Below, one piece after another: positions 25,734-39,401 of a DNA stretch of 64,000 bases (its first letter is position 1; the number at the start of each line of letters is the position of its first letter). The DNA lies in the NCBI GenBank assembly GCA_951406725.2, contig OX597814.1, positions 39,618,001 through 39,682,000 on the forward strand. Direction: 5' to 3'. The notes beneath the pieces are model-generated. The model did no database searches and was not told where the DNA came from. It worked only from the letters and a program-made list of their open reading frames with translations. A program made the position numbers and the translations under genes. This DNA comes from Octopus vulgaris. Taxonomy: Eukaryota.

Positions 25734-26507
25734 TGCATCTGTATACATACACACACGCACATACACATATATATTTGAAAATAATGATTGAAGAAACGCT
25801 ATATATGTGTGTGCATGCATATTCACAAACACACAGACACACCCCACACGGGCATTAGTAAGTCACGTTCTATTTATAAACATGGGCCGTAAATTTGTAT
25901 ATCCTATACACACATATATATGCACAAACACACATATACTTACATATATATATATATAAGTATACATACATAATATATTACTGCTTGCTTGCGCGTACAT
26001 TTTGAAGTACGTACTGGTGAATAGGTATTGGAGTAGATGTACTGAAATATTTAAACTGGTCTATTGTGTGCGCTGTTATATTTCTGGAAATAATACTAAT
26101 ACTACTACTACTACTAATAATAATATACTTAAGCATAGAAAAATATATAGAAAGAAGAATTATATGACAGGAATTGAGAAGAACCAATCTTGAAGCAGTA
26201 AAATAAAACGCATTCTTTTACCTGTGCAAGGCACACACGACGCAAATGTATGCACCAACCAGTAAACGCACTTGAACACCTGTTAATGAGCTTGTGACCT
26301 TCTGTAAACTACTGCAAGAGCCATTGTATGGTCATTCCTTTGAAATTTGCTCAATATGTATAGAAATATTATTTCCGAAAGAATATGAAAAGAAATAAGT
26401 ATTGTATATTTCTGTGCTAAGTTAAATTGTTAATTTTTATTTGTGTCTTACATTTTTTAAACAATTTGTATACGTACCTTAAGCATCTATCTACCCATCT
26501 ATGTATG

Positions 26508-26509
<2 letters not shown>

Positions 26510-26593
<84 letters not shown>

Positions 26594-26610
26594 GCTAGCT
26601 ATCTATCTAT
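26510..26610. repeat. (TATC)n microsatellite
   Basis: Direct observation. Confidence 0.95.
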
Positions 26611-26611
26611 C

Positions 26612-26975
26612 TCCCCATGAGCATAATCCCATGAATCGGGAAAAATTTAAAACAGGGGGTTACCTACTTGCAAACAAATGTGTTAACATGTGACATTATT
26701 GACCGAGGTTACCGTGGTCTTCCCCATAGGCTTTTCTTTCCACGGATAAACCCTATCTGCTTCCCCCTTTACACTTTACATGACATTTCTGTGATACATG
26801 ATCCCTACTGATCGTTTTTTTCTTTTCTTTCCTTTTTTTCCCTTTCTCTTTTACGATCCCTTTTGATCGAAAACCTACCCTACTTTTTTATTTTTTTTCT
26901 CCTCATAAAGAAAAGCTCTACTTTGTAATCTGTCCCGTCTGTGTGCAGCCAGTGTGGCTAATAAAGAAACATATC
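26612..26975 (+). mobile_element. Probable LINE 3' end (L1/Tx1-like) within a (TATC)n array
   Basis: Pyrimidine-rich UTR-like stretch, then aataaa and a tatctatct tail. Flanked by TATC repeats on both sides. Confidence 0.45.
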
Positions 26976-28988
26976 TATCTACGTATCTATCTATTCTTTT
27001 GTCTCTTTCTCCCTCTCTAACTCTGTCTCTGTACGTATGTATGAATGTATGTACATAGAGGGATGGAGACAGGCGTGACTGTTAGAAAGAATATCGTAAT
27101 TTCGATTCTTATCCGAGTATGTTTACGTTCACTCGTACTGAGGCAACTTTGAGTCTGCCACCTTTAATAATGGTTTCTGGGATTTAGGTGTTGTTGAGTT
27201 TTTAATGACCCCGAAAGAATGAAATGTATTTTAGATCAGATGTGATTTGAACGCAAGCTGTAAAGAATCGAACCAAATACTACAAGGCACTTTTGTACAA
27301 AATTCTAACGATTCTGCCCATTCACCGACGTTAATGCCCCCTTTGATAATAATAATTTATCTTGTGATCTTTCTGAACACACCCAACGTTACTATGTAGT
27401 GGTTGTTCTGTTATATTTCTTAAAATTTAGTTTCTTTCAACATAAGACCTATTTAATATTGGTTCATATAAAATTGTAGATAACTGGCTAATTTTCTTTA
27501 TACGTTACTATCGAAGCTAACAATAGTAAAGCGACAACTCTCTAATTTGCAAAAATGCTTATCGTGTGGCTGGATTATGACCTTCCATTGAAGTACTAAG
27601 AACCCCTCTTCTTTATCTTGCAGAAAGCAAAGCTAGCATTTTACTGTATGATCAATTATATACACCCAGGTCAGTAATAAATAGACTGAAACTTCGCAAT
27701 ACTTCGATATGTTACGATTAAACTAGAGAAACGTGTGCATAGCGTAATCTGATCATGAATATGTATAGGTAGGAAATGCTACTTATTCTTTGTATAATCG
27801 CCGTAATGTGTCAAAGATAATGGTAAAGTCAGAATACTGCCGCTATTCACACGGCAGTATGTAACAAAATGATATTGAGTGTATTATCACTAAAATCACT
27901 ATTACTGTAAAGGAATTTGCACTTATATTAGTAAAAATTAATTCAATAAAGTTCACAAAATGAAATAAGTTCAACGAAAGAAAATAAATCCATGTGTCAT
28001 GAATGCTTGCAAATTCTCCTTAGATTTCGCTTATCCTCATGATATGCGAATGCATTGTAGCGTGTGAACTTTATAGAAAATAACATCGGTCTGACTTATG
28101 AACTAGCGCTCATAAATTCATAGCTGCGTTTGTTCACAGACCGTGCCCTACAAGCTAATGTTAAAAATATAAAAAAAATTATAGTATGAATATAACTATT
28201 TTTTTCCCCATAGAGAAAGAACTATAAGAGTTAGGGTAAGTAAGAACTGCAAAACGACGTGAAGAGAGAGAATCAGACAGAGAGAGGAAGTAAAAGAATG
28301 TGAAAGAGAGATGGGGGAGAAAGGGAACGTGGGAGTTAGAGAAATTAGTTTGCTGTGTGTGTTGAGAAATGATAAAATCTAAGCAAGGTAGATTTGTTAT
28401 GCAAGAAGAAATATGAAAACTTAGAAAAAGAAAGAGTTGATTGAACAGTAGAAATATAAAGAAAATCTCTAGTTGAAGAGAGGCGATTGTTTTGAAAAGT
28501 AGCTCACAATAAGTTGATTACCAGGAAATAAGTGGCTAAAAGTATGAGGTGAAGTGGAGGGTTATGGTTTGTATAGAGTTGCAAATAACTGTTAGCTTCC
28601 ATGTTATTCTAATCATAACTTCGATGCTTTTACAAAGTAAACAACGTCAAATTAACGCATGCAAAAATACATAACACTCTAGCAGCCTGTTTCACACGCG
28701 TACTCTCATTCTCTGTATATGTCAGTGTATCGATGCGGATTTCTAATGTACAAAATAACGTACGGGGACATACTCAAATGCAACCACACAACGTCACAAA
28801 AATGTCGAAAGCCTACAGTTTTGTTGATATATCTTAAAACAGGGCAAAGTGAGTTGGTGGGTGAGTGTACCTAGCTCTTTCTGTCTGTCTGCCTTTATAC
28901 ATATATACATTCATAAATGAAATACAAATACAAACATATATACACACATATAGATATATACATGCATACTCACACACACACACACACA

Positions 28989-29058
<70 letters not shown>

Positions 29059-29619
29059 CATGCGTTCATACATATACACACGCACGCACATAAACTTTAC
29101 ATTGCGTGACAAAAGAGTAGTATTTAAAACTTCATGGGTACAACAGTTCGTGTTGAATTTCTATCACATTATGAATCAGATTTTGGGTGTTTGATACGTC
29201 ACATGTAGTAAATAAAACAGGACATGAGAGATCGATTGTAAGATACTCATGTGTTCACACTTACGTACGTTTCACTAACACATTTTACTTATATAAAGAA
29301 ATTACATCATGAGGATTTATTTTCATGTTGTGAGACGTAACCGTGACAGAATCAGCTATCATGGTAAACAAATAAATAAGAGTTGATTGAATATAGAAAT
29401 TGGTTTAGACCATCAATTATCATCTCCATCACTACAACCAATTCTGTAAGAGACAAGATTTTGGTAATTTTCTAAGTAGCGAATACAGTGCTCTGTATTT
29501 GTTATTTTGTTAGAGCATTCTCACAAAACATTGGACAATATTTATGCATTCTTTGCAAAGAGTGCGGGATTCTGTTGTGAGAATATATTTAGCAAACTAA
29601 AAACAAACAGGAACAGCTG

Positions 29620-30300
29620 TAATGATTTATTTCATTGGCCAGAAAGGCACAAGATACAGAGGAAAACATAAAGGACGAAATACAAGACACACACCTAAAG
29701 TGTTTACATCGTTTAAAAGGAAATCCTCCGCACACTTCTCTAACAGGTTTTTCTGTTGGTGCTTATATACTTGAGAACTTGTCTAAAACAACTAATTATT
29801 TCTCCTGTAGCGCTGCATTGACAAAAACTTTTGGAAATTCTCTATAGACCAAGATTTGACTGAATGTCTTCCAGAAGAGACTGCTCGACGTTTAACTTCA
29901 GTCTTAGGTCATCTTCATCCCTACCATCAGCCCTTGCTATACAGAAAAATGGAGTTGCTTTCCCTCCCTATCGACTGCAATATTTAACTGGTAGATTGAG
30001 ATCCTGGCAACACTGTTGATGTCGGACACCTAATCTCTTGACTCATGATTATTGCTCGGTCAATGAAAAAAGCTGCGAAGAGATTTGTCGTAAGAAATAG
30101 GAGATCTAAAAACTAACCTTCACTTTTCTCATTGCCCTCACCGCTGCAATTACCTAGATATTTCTACGAGTGCATTACTGTCTGACTATAGCAGCGCTGC
30201 ATCAAAAACGGCATCCTGGAACAGCAAATGTGTTGGCTGCAGATAAATTTACTGACAAGCAGACTCTGTACTTCCGATAAGAAGCGGTAAGTCATGCACT
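29620..30300 (-). mobile_element. Decayed L1/Tx1-like LINE 3' portion
   Basis: The minus strand ends ...tgtgcctttctggccaatgaaataaatc, similar in style to the 26930-26975 end, with a faint Cys/His remnant upstream. Confidence 0.35.
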
Positions 30301-30536
30301 CTAGTCGGATGTTTTATGGAATAAGGTATAACGTAGCACAGGACAAGAATTTGGTGAATGGGCAATTTTACTCTTTCAATTTGATCCCAGTAGTTGAGTG
30401 ATGCTTTATTTTATCGATTAACATGGGTTGAAAAACAAAGTTGACTTTAGCCAGATTTGAACTTAGTTTGGAAACATCCGGGCCGAATATTGCAAGGCAT
30501 TTCATTAGACTCTCATAATTCTAAATAATAATAACA

Positions 30537-30579
<43 letters not shown>

Positions 30580-30624
30580 TAATAATAATTATAATTATAA
30601 TTATAATTAAAATAATGATATTAA

Positions 30625-31036
30625 TAAAAAGATGGGCTACAGCAAATATTCTGCTCAGTACCACAGATTTGCTTGCCAGTTGTTTGACCTTAACCAGTTG
30701 TCCATGTCCCTTAGCGTTTGACGATATGTGCATCTCTGATCAGGAGCAGAAGTAGTGCGGAAGCATCATAGCCGTATGTTTAAAGGAATTCTTAGAGGTT
30801 TGGATAATTCACCTTTGGAAACATGGGTGGTTCGTTAAACATCCTTAAACAATCCTTATTCAGGGACATTTTGAGCGACATCAACAAAATTCTAACTGGG
30901 TCCCACCTGCAAGGTCATGCGCCGTTAACCTTGATATGTTGCGCACGTATTGTTGTGATGCAAAGGCCTGGTCTATCCTCATCAGACGTGTAATCATAAT
31001 GGATATACTGGGCTTCGTATATTTTACTCCAGTGTC
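30625..31036. mobile_element. Unclassified ~410 bp insert between two (AAT)n arrays
   Basis: Balanced-composition sequence with sharp boundaries to (AAT)n at 30525-30620 and 31037-31125. Confidence 0.5.
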
Positions 31037-31069
<33 letters not shown>

Positions 31070-31124
31070 CATAATAATAATAATAATAATAATCATAGTA
31101 ATAATAATAACAACAACAACAATA

Positions 31125-31252
31125 ATGGTCTCCAATTTTGCAACAAAGAGCAGCAATTTTCGGGGAGGGGGATGGATCAATTAAATCGACCCCCGTCTTC
31201 AATTGGTAGTTATTTTATCCACTCCGAAATGATGAAAGGCAAAGTCGACCTC
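31125..31252 (-). mobile_element. SINE family B fragment
   Basis: gatgaaaggcaaagtcgacctc and aatcgacccc homology to 16667-16896. Confidence 0.7.
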
Positions 31253-31610
31253 ATCATTATCATTGGAGCCTTGGGGAAATACTAAATGACGCTCTTAAGC
31301 ATCACGTGAAATAAAATGAAAACCCCAAGCCATCAGAACGAAAATTGGTCTCATGGGTACTTCGATCATTAAACAGAAAAAAAAGAAGAAAAAGAAAATA
31401 GTTGATTTGAAAATACCAGATTCTCTTAGAAGTTTTTAGAAGATTGAACTATTACAAATCTATCAGAATTCATTCCATACATTGCTGATCAAAAATAATA
31501 ACAATAGTCAAACGTCCAACCTCCTGTTATTTAAGGTCTCTGGATAAAACTCGGAGCAGCTCGTATAGATCAAAGCAACAATAAAATAAACGATAAAAAT
31601 AATGATAATA
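31253..31610 (+). mobile_element. R4/Dong-type LINE 3' remnant
   Basis: IIIGALG and KIGLMGTSII-like remnants, then a UTR ending in an aataatgataata tail. Confidence 0.5.
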
Positions 31611-32019
31611 AAGATTACTTTAAGCGGAGAGAAGCGCATGTGTTGTTGCTAAAAGTGCAAAATAAGAATTCCAATATGAAATGAAAATCTCAGGAGAGAT
31701 TTTTTACATTAAATAAGTGAGATGTGCAGTAATATTAAAGTTGCATACATATAAGGTAAACATTACTGATAACGATTTAGAGCTGCAAAATTATTACTAT
31801 AAGGGATCCTTTAAATTAGAGTAAGTCAACAGATTTCACTTTAAGAAAACCTGCTCAGAACCACAGATTACCCTTTACTATAAGATATAAATGAAAGATT
31901 CACTTCGAGATTGTAGCCGTTAGGAAGAGGACGACGATGACTACGACAAAAAAAGAAGAAAAGAAGATGATGATGATGGAGGAGGAGGAGAGGAATAAAA
32001 AGAAGACGACGACGACGAC

Positions 32020-32115
32020 GAAGAAGAAGAAGAAGAAGAAGAAGAAGAAGAAGAAGAAGAAGAAGAAGAAGAAGAAGAAGAAGAAGAAGAAGAAGAAGAA
32101 GAAGAAGAAGAAGAA
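32020..32115. repeat. (GAA)n microsatellite within a purine-rich trinucleotide mosaic
   Basis: Direct observation; source of the poly-K and poly-L ORFs. Confidence 0.95.
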
Positions 32116-32560
32116 AATTGTTAGTGGTAGGAGTTGTTGTGGGGGATAGAAGATGATGCAGATGGGGGAAATGATAAAGCGTAAGAACGGTACAAGAAAT
32201 AAGGCATATGCAAAACATATGCTTGCCTGAATTCCTCCCTAAACCCAGTGGAGGTGGTCGGATTTCTATCCGTTTTTATTCGATCAGATAAACAACATTC
32301 TTTGCAAGATTTCTTATCAGAATTGGTTATTTTTAGAAACGTATCGATTCTGTTGGCAACACAAAATCACACATGCATAAAACAATTTCATACCATGTCT
32401 CTCTGTAGAGCTTCCTTATTATTGCCGCTCTTTTCCAATCTTCACATACACGCAAGAAAGTCCCTCACTCTCTCTCTCTCTCTCTCTCTCTCCCACTCTC
32501 TCTCAAACACGCACACAAATACATATCTCACCTTCATATAGATAGAAAATATACACAACA

Positions 32561-32595
<35 letters not shown>

Positions 32596-32692
32596 GCACA
32601 CCTTTCTTTCTTTCACTTTCTCACTCCTCCCTCTCACTCTCACCCACTTGCTATATACCATGTATATGTATATATGTGTGTGTACGTGTATG

Positions 32693-32749
<57 letters not shown>

Positions 32750-33759
32750 CTGTTCATACACTCATAAACTCACAGGCACACATGCATACGCATATAAAAA
32801 TGAATATATTTACAACTGTTGTGCGTTGATATTTAAAAACATAGAGAACGGTAATTTAAAGCAAAAACAATACGTAAAGCAGAATGGATTCATTTATTAT
32901 AAGGAAAATGACTACCCCCCCCCCCCGTGAATATACTCACTTTACTAGAAAACATCTTGCACAAAAGAAAAGAAACCTCTTTGTGCAAACCCCACAACGT
33001 TCTAACAGAAAAACTTCAAGCGTTTCACTATTTGACCAAAAATCAAACTGAAACACGTTTAATAATCTACTCGTCTGATATCCTTTTTCGTTTCCTTCTC
33101 CCAATCACCCAGCATCCAATTGTACTTTGCAACCCACATGACATCATCCTTTCTGTAAAACAATCTTACGTAACTTAAAGGAAACGTGCCTTTGTATGGC
33201 ACCAAATATATTGCATGAGAAACATTAATACATTTGTTTCATGAATTCAATATTTCTCACAGTTCAGATAAAAGAAAACAGCTACACGTCAGATTGTTAG
33301 TGAACAGATGTTGATCTAATCCACTGTAAAGCTTCAAAGATTGAAGCTGTGTAACTCTGTAGTAAGTAGAATATGTTATCCCTGTCAGAGCGGCCAAAGA
33401 GTGCTGATATTCAGTTAAACCTTCAGTCAAAACCCCGGTAGTTAATCGACCAATAACAGGAAGTATTTGGGTTAATAATACTATAAACATACTATAAATG
33501 ACGAGAAACAGAGTTCTTGTTTCCAAGCCGGATGTCACGAAAATGTTCCGCGAATTGATCTGCTAAACGGCAACCGCTTTGGCTCTTGTGCAAGACCGCA
33601 CAGAAGGAAAGTCTTAATCATGAGATGAGACCGCTACACGTGCAGGTGAAAGAATAAAATTTATGGAAGTTACATTGATCTGACCCTCTGAGACAGAGTG
33701 TGTTATTATAAGGGACAGGTGTGATAACGGGGCCAGGACAAAGTGATGGCTTCAGGAGA

Positions 33760-33808
33760 GGCGGGAGGGGAGAAGGCGGGAGGGGAGAAGGCGGGAGGGG
33801 AGAAGGCG
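33760..33808. repeat. 15-bp G-rich tandem repeat (ggcgggaggggagaa), 3 copies
   Basis: Direct observation. Confidence 0.9.
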
Positions 33809-34754
33809 TGAGAACGATACCCAGTAAATCGCATACGTTACGACAACATCTGAATTAAAAGAAGATTGGATAAAAAAAAAAGTTGTAGGTGGTGGCGGGC
33901 GGATCAGCGTAAATACTCATTCAGTGACTTACATATGAGAAGAAAAATATAAAAATTAGATAACTAGAAATTTGTACGACCATGAAACCCCAGATAAAAT
34001 GTAGTCTTACGGAGACAGATTCACAAACACACATCCAAAACTATTTTATTCTCAAGAAATTATTTTGTACTTTTAATGAGATAGCTTTATGTCGATATGG
34101 AGATAATACAGTTTGTATTTAGGAAAAGATCAGAGAGCCTATGTAAAGAGAAAGACTGTAATATACTTTATGATACCACCACTCACCCTGAATAAACCTA
34201 TATTTGTACATCTTCCTGTATGCTTATGAATAACTACGTGTATTTTTATATGTGTATGTCAATACATATGCTTATCTACATCTGAAAATTTGTGGGAAGA
34301 CTTCTGACTCTCAAACGATATGACATTATTTATAAATACCATTCTCAATGTAATCATTTTATGTACTTCATGTTTTCCGAAATCGACTTGCATTTCATTT
34401 ACATGGTTCCGAAGAAGCTATAAGCTGTTGCACAGGCACTGAGCTCTGAGTGTTTTACTTCTTATAGCAAAAGAGCTCTTATCTGATGGTATTGGTTACG
34501 CAATTCCTGTTCCCACGCCCTACTTTAATACACATATGTACATACGCGCGCGCGCAACGCATATATAATTACACACACACACACAAACACATATATAGTT
34601 TTATATCTATTGCATATTTCGTAGTATAGCATACATTTATATGTATATTTGTAGTTATGTGTATATTGCACAAACAGAGGAATAAGTACACATACACACT
34701 TGCATGTATATGAGTGTGTGTGTGTCAATGTAAGTATATATATTATTTTATATT

Positions 34755-35120
34755 TTACTTGTTTCAATCATTATACTGCAGATATGCTGGGGCACCACGA
34801 CCTAGGGTTTAGTTGACAAACTCGAAGTCAGTACTTATTTTAAAGTCTGGTACATATGCTAGTGGTCTACCTTCTGCCAAATGGCAGGGACGTAAATATT
34901 GTAACACCGGTTGTCAAGCGGTGGTCGGAGACAACTACAAACACGCGCACGCACACTCACACATACACACACACACATATATACACGACGAGTTTTTTTT
35001 CAGTTTACATATAGTAAATCCACTCAGCAGGCTAAATTGGTCCGAGGATATATTATAAGACATTTGCCCAAGGTACCACACAGTAAGACTGAAACTGGAA
35101 CCATGTGGTTAAGAAGTGAG
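34755..35120 (-). mobile_element. SINE family A, degenerate
   Basis: tttacttgtttcaatca...ttgcccaaggtaccacacagt...gaaccatgtggtt homology to 21101-21550. Confidence 0.8.
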
Positions 35121-35431
35121 TTTCATACTCTACATAAACTTATATATATATCCACTTTCTCAAAGTATGTTTCTGTATACAGAATCTCACACTCGTAAAT
35201 TACGGACACTTAATAACGTGTTTCTACGTGCTATGTATACACACATAATTTCTGTTACTATACAGTTAAACAACTTCTTATATCCAAACATCTCGTTTCT
35301 GTCTCTATCTCACTGTCTGCCTAGTGAAATGATTATCCCGCTTTCTTCACAGACACACATATACACACACTCATACACAGAGAAACACTCTACTACATAC
35401 ATGCACGCACTTATACATAAGTGTGTATGTG

Positions 35432-35463
<32 letters not shown>

Positions 35464-35563
35464 TTTATATATATATATGTAAATATACATATATATCTCC
35501 TCTCTCTCTTTCTCTTTCTCTTTCTCTCTATATATATATAAATATATCTATAAACATATATAT

Positions 35564-35654
<91 letters not shown>

Positions 35655-36038
35655 CATAAAAATATATATATATATATATATAGCATGTAATTAACCTCCA
35701 TCGAAATCGAAATTTTTTATAGGTATTCGTACCCTGAAATCACCGGTATGCATCTATACAGTGGCACTTTCATAATTAATTTGTAGATCAAAATTACCTT
35801 TCTGTCAGTGTTATCGCGACTCAAGATCACTTTGTTTAGATTGATGCTGTCGTCTTTCTCTTAGTTAATTCTACATCACCAAATTTGCTGATTGGATGCA
35901 GTTATGATATACACGTACTTAAACGAACACGCATATACGCACAAAGTGTCAGACATGGATATATATAGCATACTATCTATCTATATATCTATCTATCTAT
36001 CTATCTATCGGTTTTATCTGTCTGTCTGTCTATATTTG

Positions 36039-36105
<67 letters not shown>

Positions 36106-38006
36106 GTATCTATTTACGTACCTGCCTACATACCTATCTCTGTCTATCTATCTACATATATATGTATATGTGTGTGTATGTACTAGGTACACATGCACAC
36201 ATATATACATACAAATTCGCATGCATACATATCCTAGCACATATCCAAGCATTGTATTGCGTTCCTTTGAGGTTCACCAAATTGATGTTTTCTTGATTAA
36301 TATTCGGGTTTTACCAAGGTGTATTCCTTTATGTTATTGGTTTATTTGTTCTTTACTCTCAGTAATCTTCTGATTTATCTTTCAACCACACACTCACTCC
36401 TTCACTCACTGGCTTTCAGTTTCTCTTCCTTACTATATAACTTTTCCCAAACCTGATGCATTTGTCAGTTCAGCCCATACATTTATTTTTTCTTGTTATA
36501 TTTGTTTCCACCCTTTTCTCATATGTAGTATATCCATTTGATATTCCTGTTCGGCACATATCCTTTCTTCCACTTCACATTACCTGCATCCTTGTCATCG
36601 TATGAATTATGAAGTTAGTTTTATCTGAATAGCTTAATGCAAACCGTGTTGATTAGATATTGCACTAGCTTGTCATGTGTCTGCAGCTGTTAGGCACATA
36701 TCTAACTGTTATTTGAGTTCGTTTGTTGAGGTGTTGTAAAAGAATCATATTAGAGGGATTGATTTTAAGCTGATTACATAGGGGAGAAGTATCTGAGATA
36801 ATTATATACTATACGCACACACTCACACAACTACACACACACACATCACACTAACATGTACCACATACAACTATGTGAGCGTTTATATATATACATATAT
36901 ACATGTTTGTATATATACTTATGTATGTATATCTATTTATCTATACGTATATAAATATAATCATACTCACGTCAATATATTTACACACACATACATATAT
37001 ATATATATGTGTGTGTGTGTGTATGTATGTATATATATATATATATATATATGTATGGATATATATATATATATAATATTTTATGTTCTTGCTTCGTTCA
37101 AAGCACTGTGCTCTGATCATTAGGACAACTGCCCAGAACAGATGAAACTTGTTACTGTCTAATTGTTATATGCTTTAGGATTTTTGTTAATTTGTCTTTT
37201 TATTCTGGGACATTATGTCCTTATTTCAAATTTTGGTGTGAGTTATTGTAAATCACCTCTAACTACACTTTTTGTGTGTGGCCATTATTATATACTTCAT
37301 TGTTATTATCTTTCTCAGATATTCTTTCCCTTTCTTTTGTCGTGGCAGATTGTTTTTTTATGTTTCTTGAAGCACGTTCACAATATTTATGAACTATCAA
37401 CTAGGAATTTTAATATACACAAAATTGACATCTTTCGGTGTATGGTAAATACGAGACCAAGTAATAAGTGTAACAAGAACGCCTGAGTTTCAAGATTTAC
37501 TTACATTTGAAGAGACAAATTTTTGCAATTTGTTAATTTGTTATTTAATCTTTAAATGATATAAGGAAACTAAATTTCTATGTGATGCATAACATTAAAT
37601 TTCCACCAATAATTGCTGAATTAGTAAGACATTAATGTGTTAATGTAATCATGGTAAAACGTTTTTGTTCGCTGTGCTTTGCTGTGTGACTTATCCAGCT
37701 GTTTTGGTTTACTTGCTTTTTAAATACTGGTATTCGTTCCTACAGCGATCGGTTGATAATATCCTAGTGGTGGATTACATATCAATATTTTACCTTTTGT
37801 AACTCTTATTGAAACGAAACTCTTACAAACATGTTCTTTGCTTTATTTTCTTTTGGGCCACATAGCTTTGGTTTTTAGAATTTAATATTTTGCATTTCAA
37901 ATTATCTGTAGGTAATGTTATATTCTGTAGCTAATTTTATATTAATAATTTACCTAAGTTATCACTGAATGCATTATGCTGTCACTATCCAATCCATGCA
38001 GATATT

Positions 38007-39401
38007 CAAGCTCAAATTCTCTTATACAAAATATCAAAATTGAAAATCTCCAAATTCCGAAAGTCTTTTTAAAAACATTCCGAAATTTCTCGGTATTTTA
38101 CTTCGAAATATATTTGAAGCAATTATTTTTATCTAACTAGCTGCATTAAATAATCTTCAAATAGAGGGATACATGTGTTTTATGTGAATTTAAATACATC
38201 TTTAACTCTTTCTTGTAAATGCTTCGGAATAATTTCGGCAGGCTGATAGTATTATGTGACATTTCAGCTCTTAAAGTGTCTCTTATAAATTTGTTATTTC
38301 ACTATATAAAAACCCTTTCAATTGTTGTAAATTATATGTATTATCATAGCAGTGGTTGATCACCACGTGTGCTAAATTGACACAAAAAGTTAGCAGATTG
38401 TTCAACGAAGCTATCTTAATTTTTGCATGTCAATATTAAACAGTGGGAAATGGATTTATTTTCTTTATTACTTTCGATTTTTAAAAATTTGTTCTAACAT
38501 ATATTTATTTTGATCTTATAAAAATTGCTTTCAAATTTTGGATCAATGTCAGCAATTTCGGTAGAGGATTAGCCGATTAAAGTCGACTCCAGCAGATTTC
38601 GTATCCATAAAATACAATCGGGAGAAATGCTGCGAAGCATCTTGTCTGGCGCGTTAACAATTCTGTCAGCTCGCCGCTTTAAGAATGAAAAGTAAAGTCG
38701 ACCTCGAAGGAATTTGAACTCAGAAGCAGCCGAAATTCCACGAAGCATTTTGTCCGGCGTGCTGTCGATCCCATCCTATAAATATTAGTTTCAAATGCTG
38801 GCACAAGGTCAGCAAGTTCGGAGGATGAGGTAAGTCGATTACATGGTTTCTAGTGATAAACTGGTCCTTATATCATCGACCCTCGAAAGGATGAAAGACA
38901 GAGGCGTCATCGGTGGAATTTGAACTCAGAACGTAAAAGCGAACGAAATGTCGTTCAGCATTTTACCCGGCGTGCTAACGATTCTGCCAGACCGCCGCCT
39001 TCGATCTCATAAATATAAGCATGTTATTTCTTCACAAAAGTCTTTACAGTGTATCCAGCAAGGTATGCTATTTTATTTTATTATATGCGAGGCCATAGTG
39101 TTGTAAAAGAGAATCATCCGATTTATTTTGGTGAAGAGAGAAATATTTCTTAGTAACGCTGTTACAATTGCGAAAGTGAACTAGAAACAAATTTATATAA
39201 CGCTACATTTATAGAATCTGAATAAGCGGTTATCTGTAATTATATGGGCTAACCTCGGAATTGGTCTGTGTTTACACATCGCTCCAATTGCGAAGTTGAC
39301 TCATTTAATAATAACAAATTTACCACCGTTCCGAAATTTATGTATTCTAAATTTCGTAGCATTTTATGTTCCAAGCATTTCGGATAAGAGATTTGCATCG
39401 G
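38007..39401. mobile_element. Probable pogo/Tigger-like DNA transposon remnant with nested SINEs
   Basis: Left caagctcaaattctcttatacaaaat...ctccaaattccgaaa and right ccaagcatttcggataagagatttgcatcgg are partially complementary and resemble Tigger/MER2-type ends (from recall). Confidence 0.4.
38525..39000 (-). mobile_element. Three adjacent SINE family B copies or fragments
   Basis: The motif ggcg(c/t)g(t/c)t occurs three times near 38650, 38757 and 38970, and gaatttgaactcagaa twice. Confidence 0.8.

Noticed and set aside
30960-30995. CTGATGA on the minus strand as a possible hammerhead
   Set aside because: No downstream stem II-GAAA or closing stem I.
31868-32218. Poly-L and poly-K ORFs
   Set aside because: They are reading frames of a (GAA)n microsatellite.
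37105-37160. ctgatca...gaaacttgtta hammerhead-like string
   Set aside because: The core is mutated and stems I and II cannot be paired convincingly.
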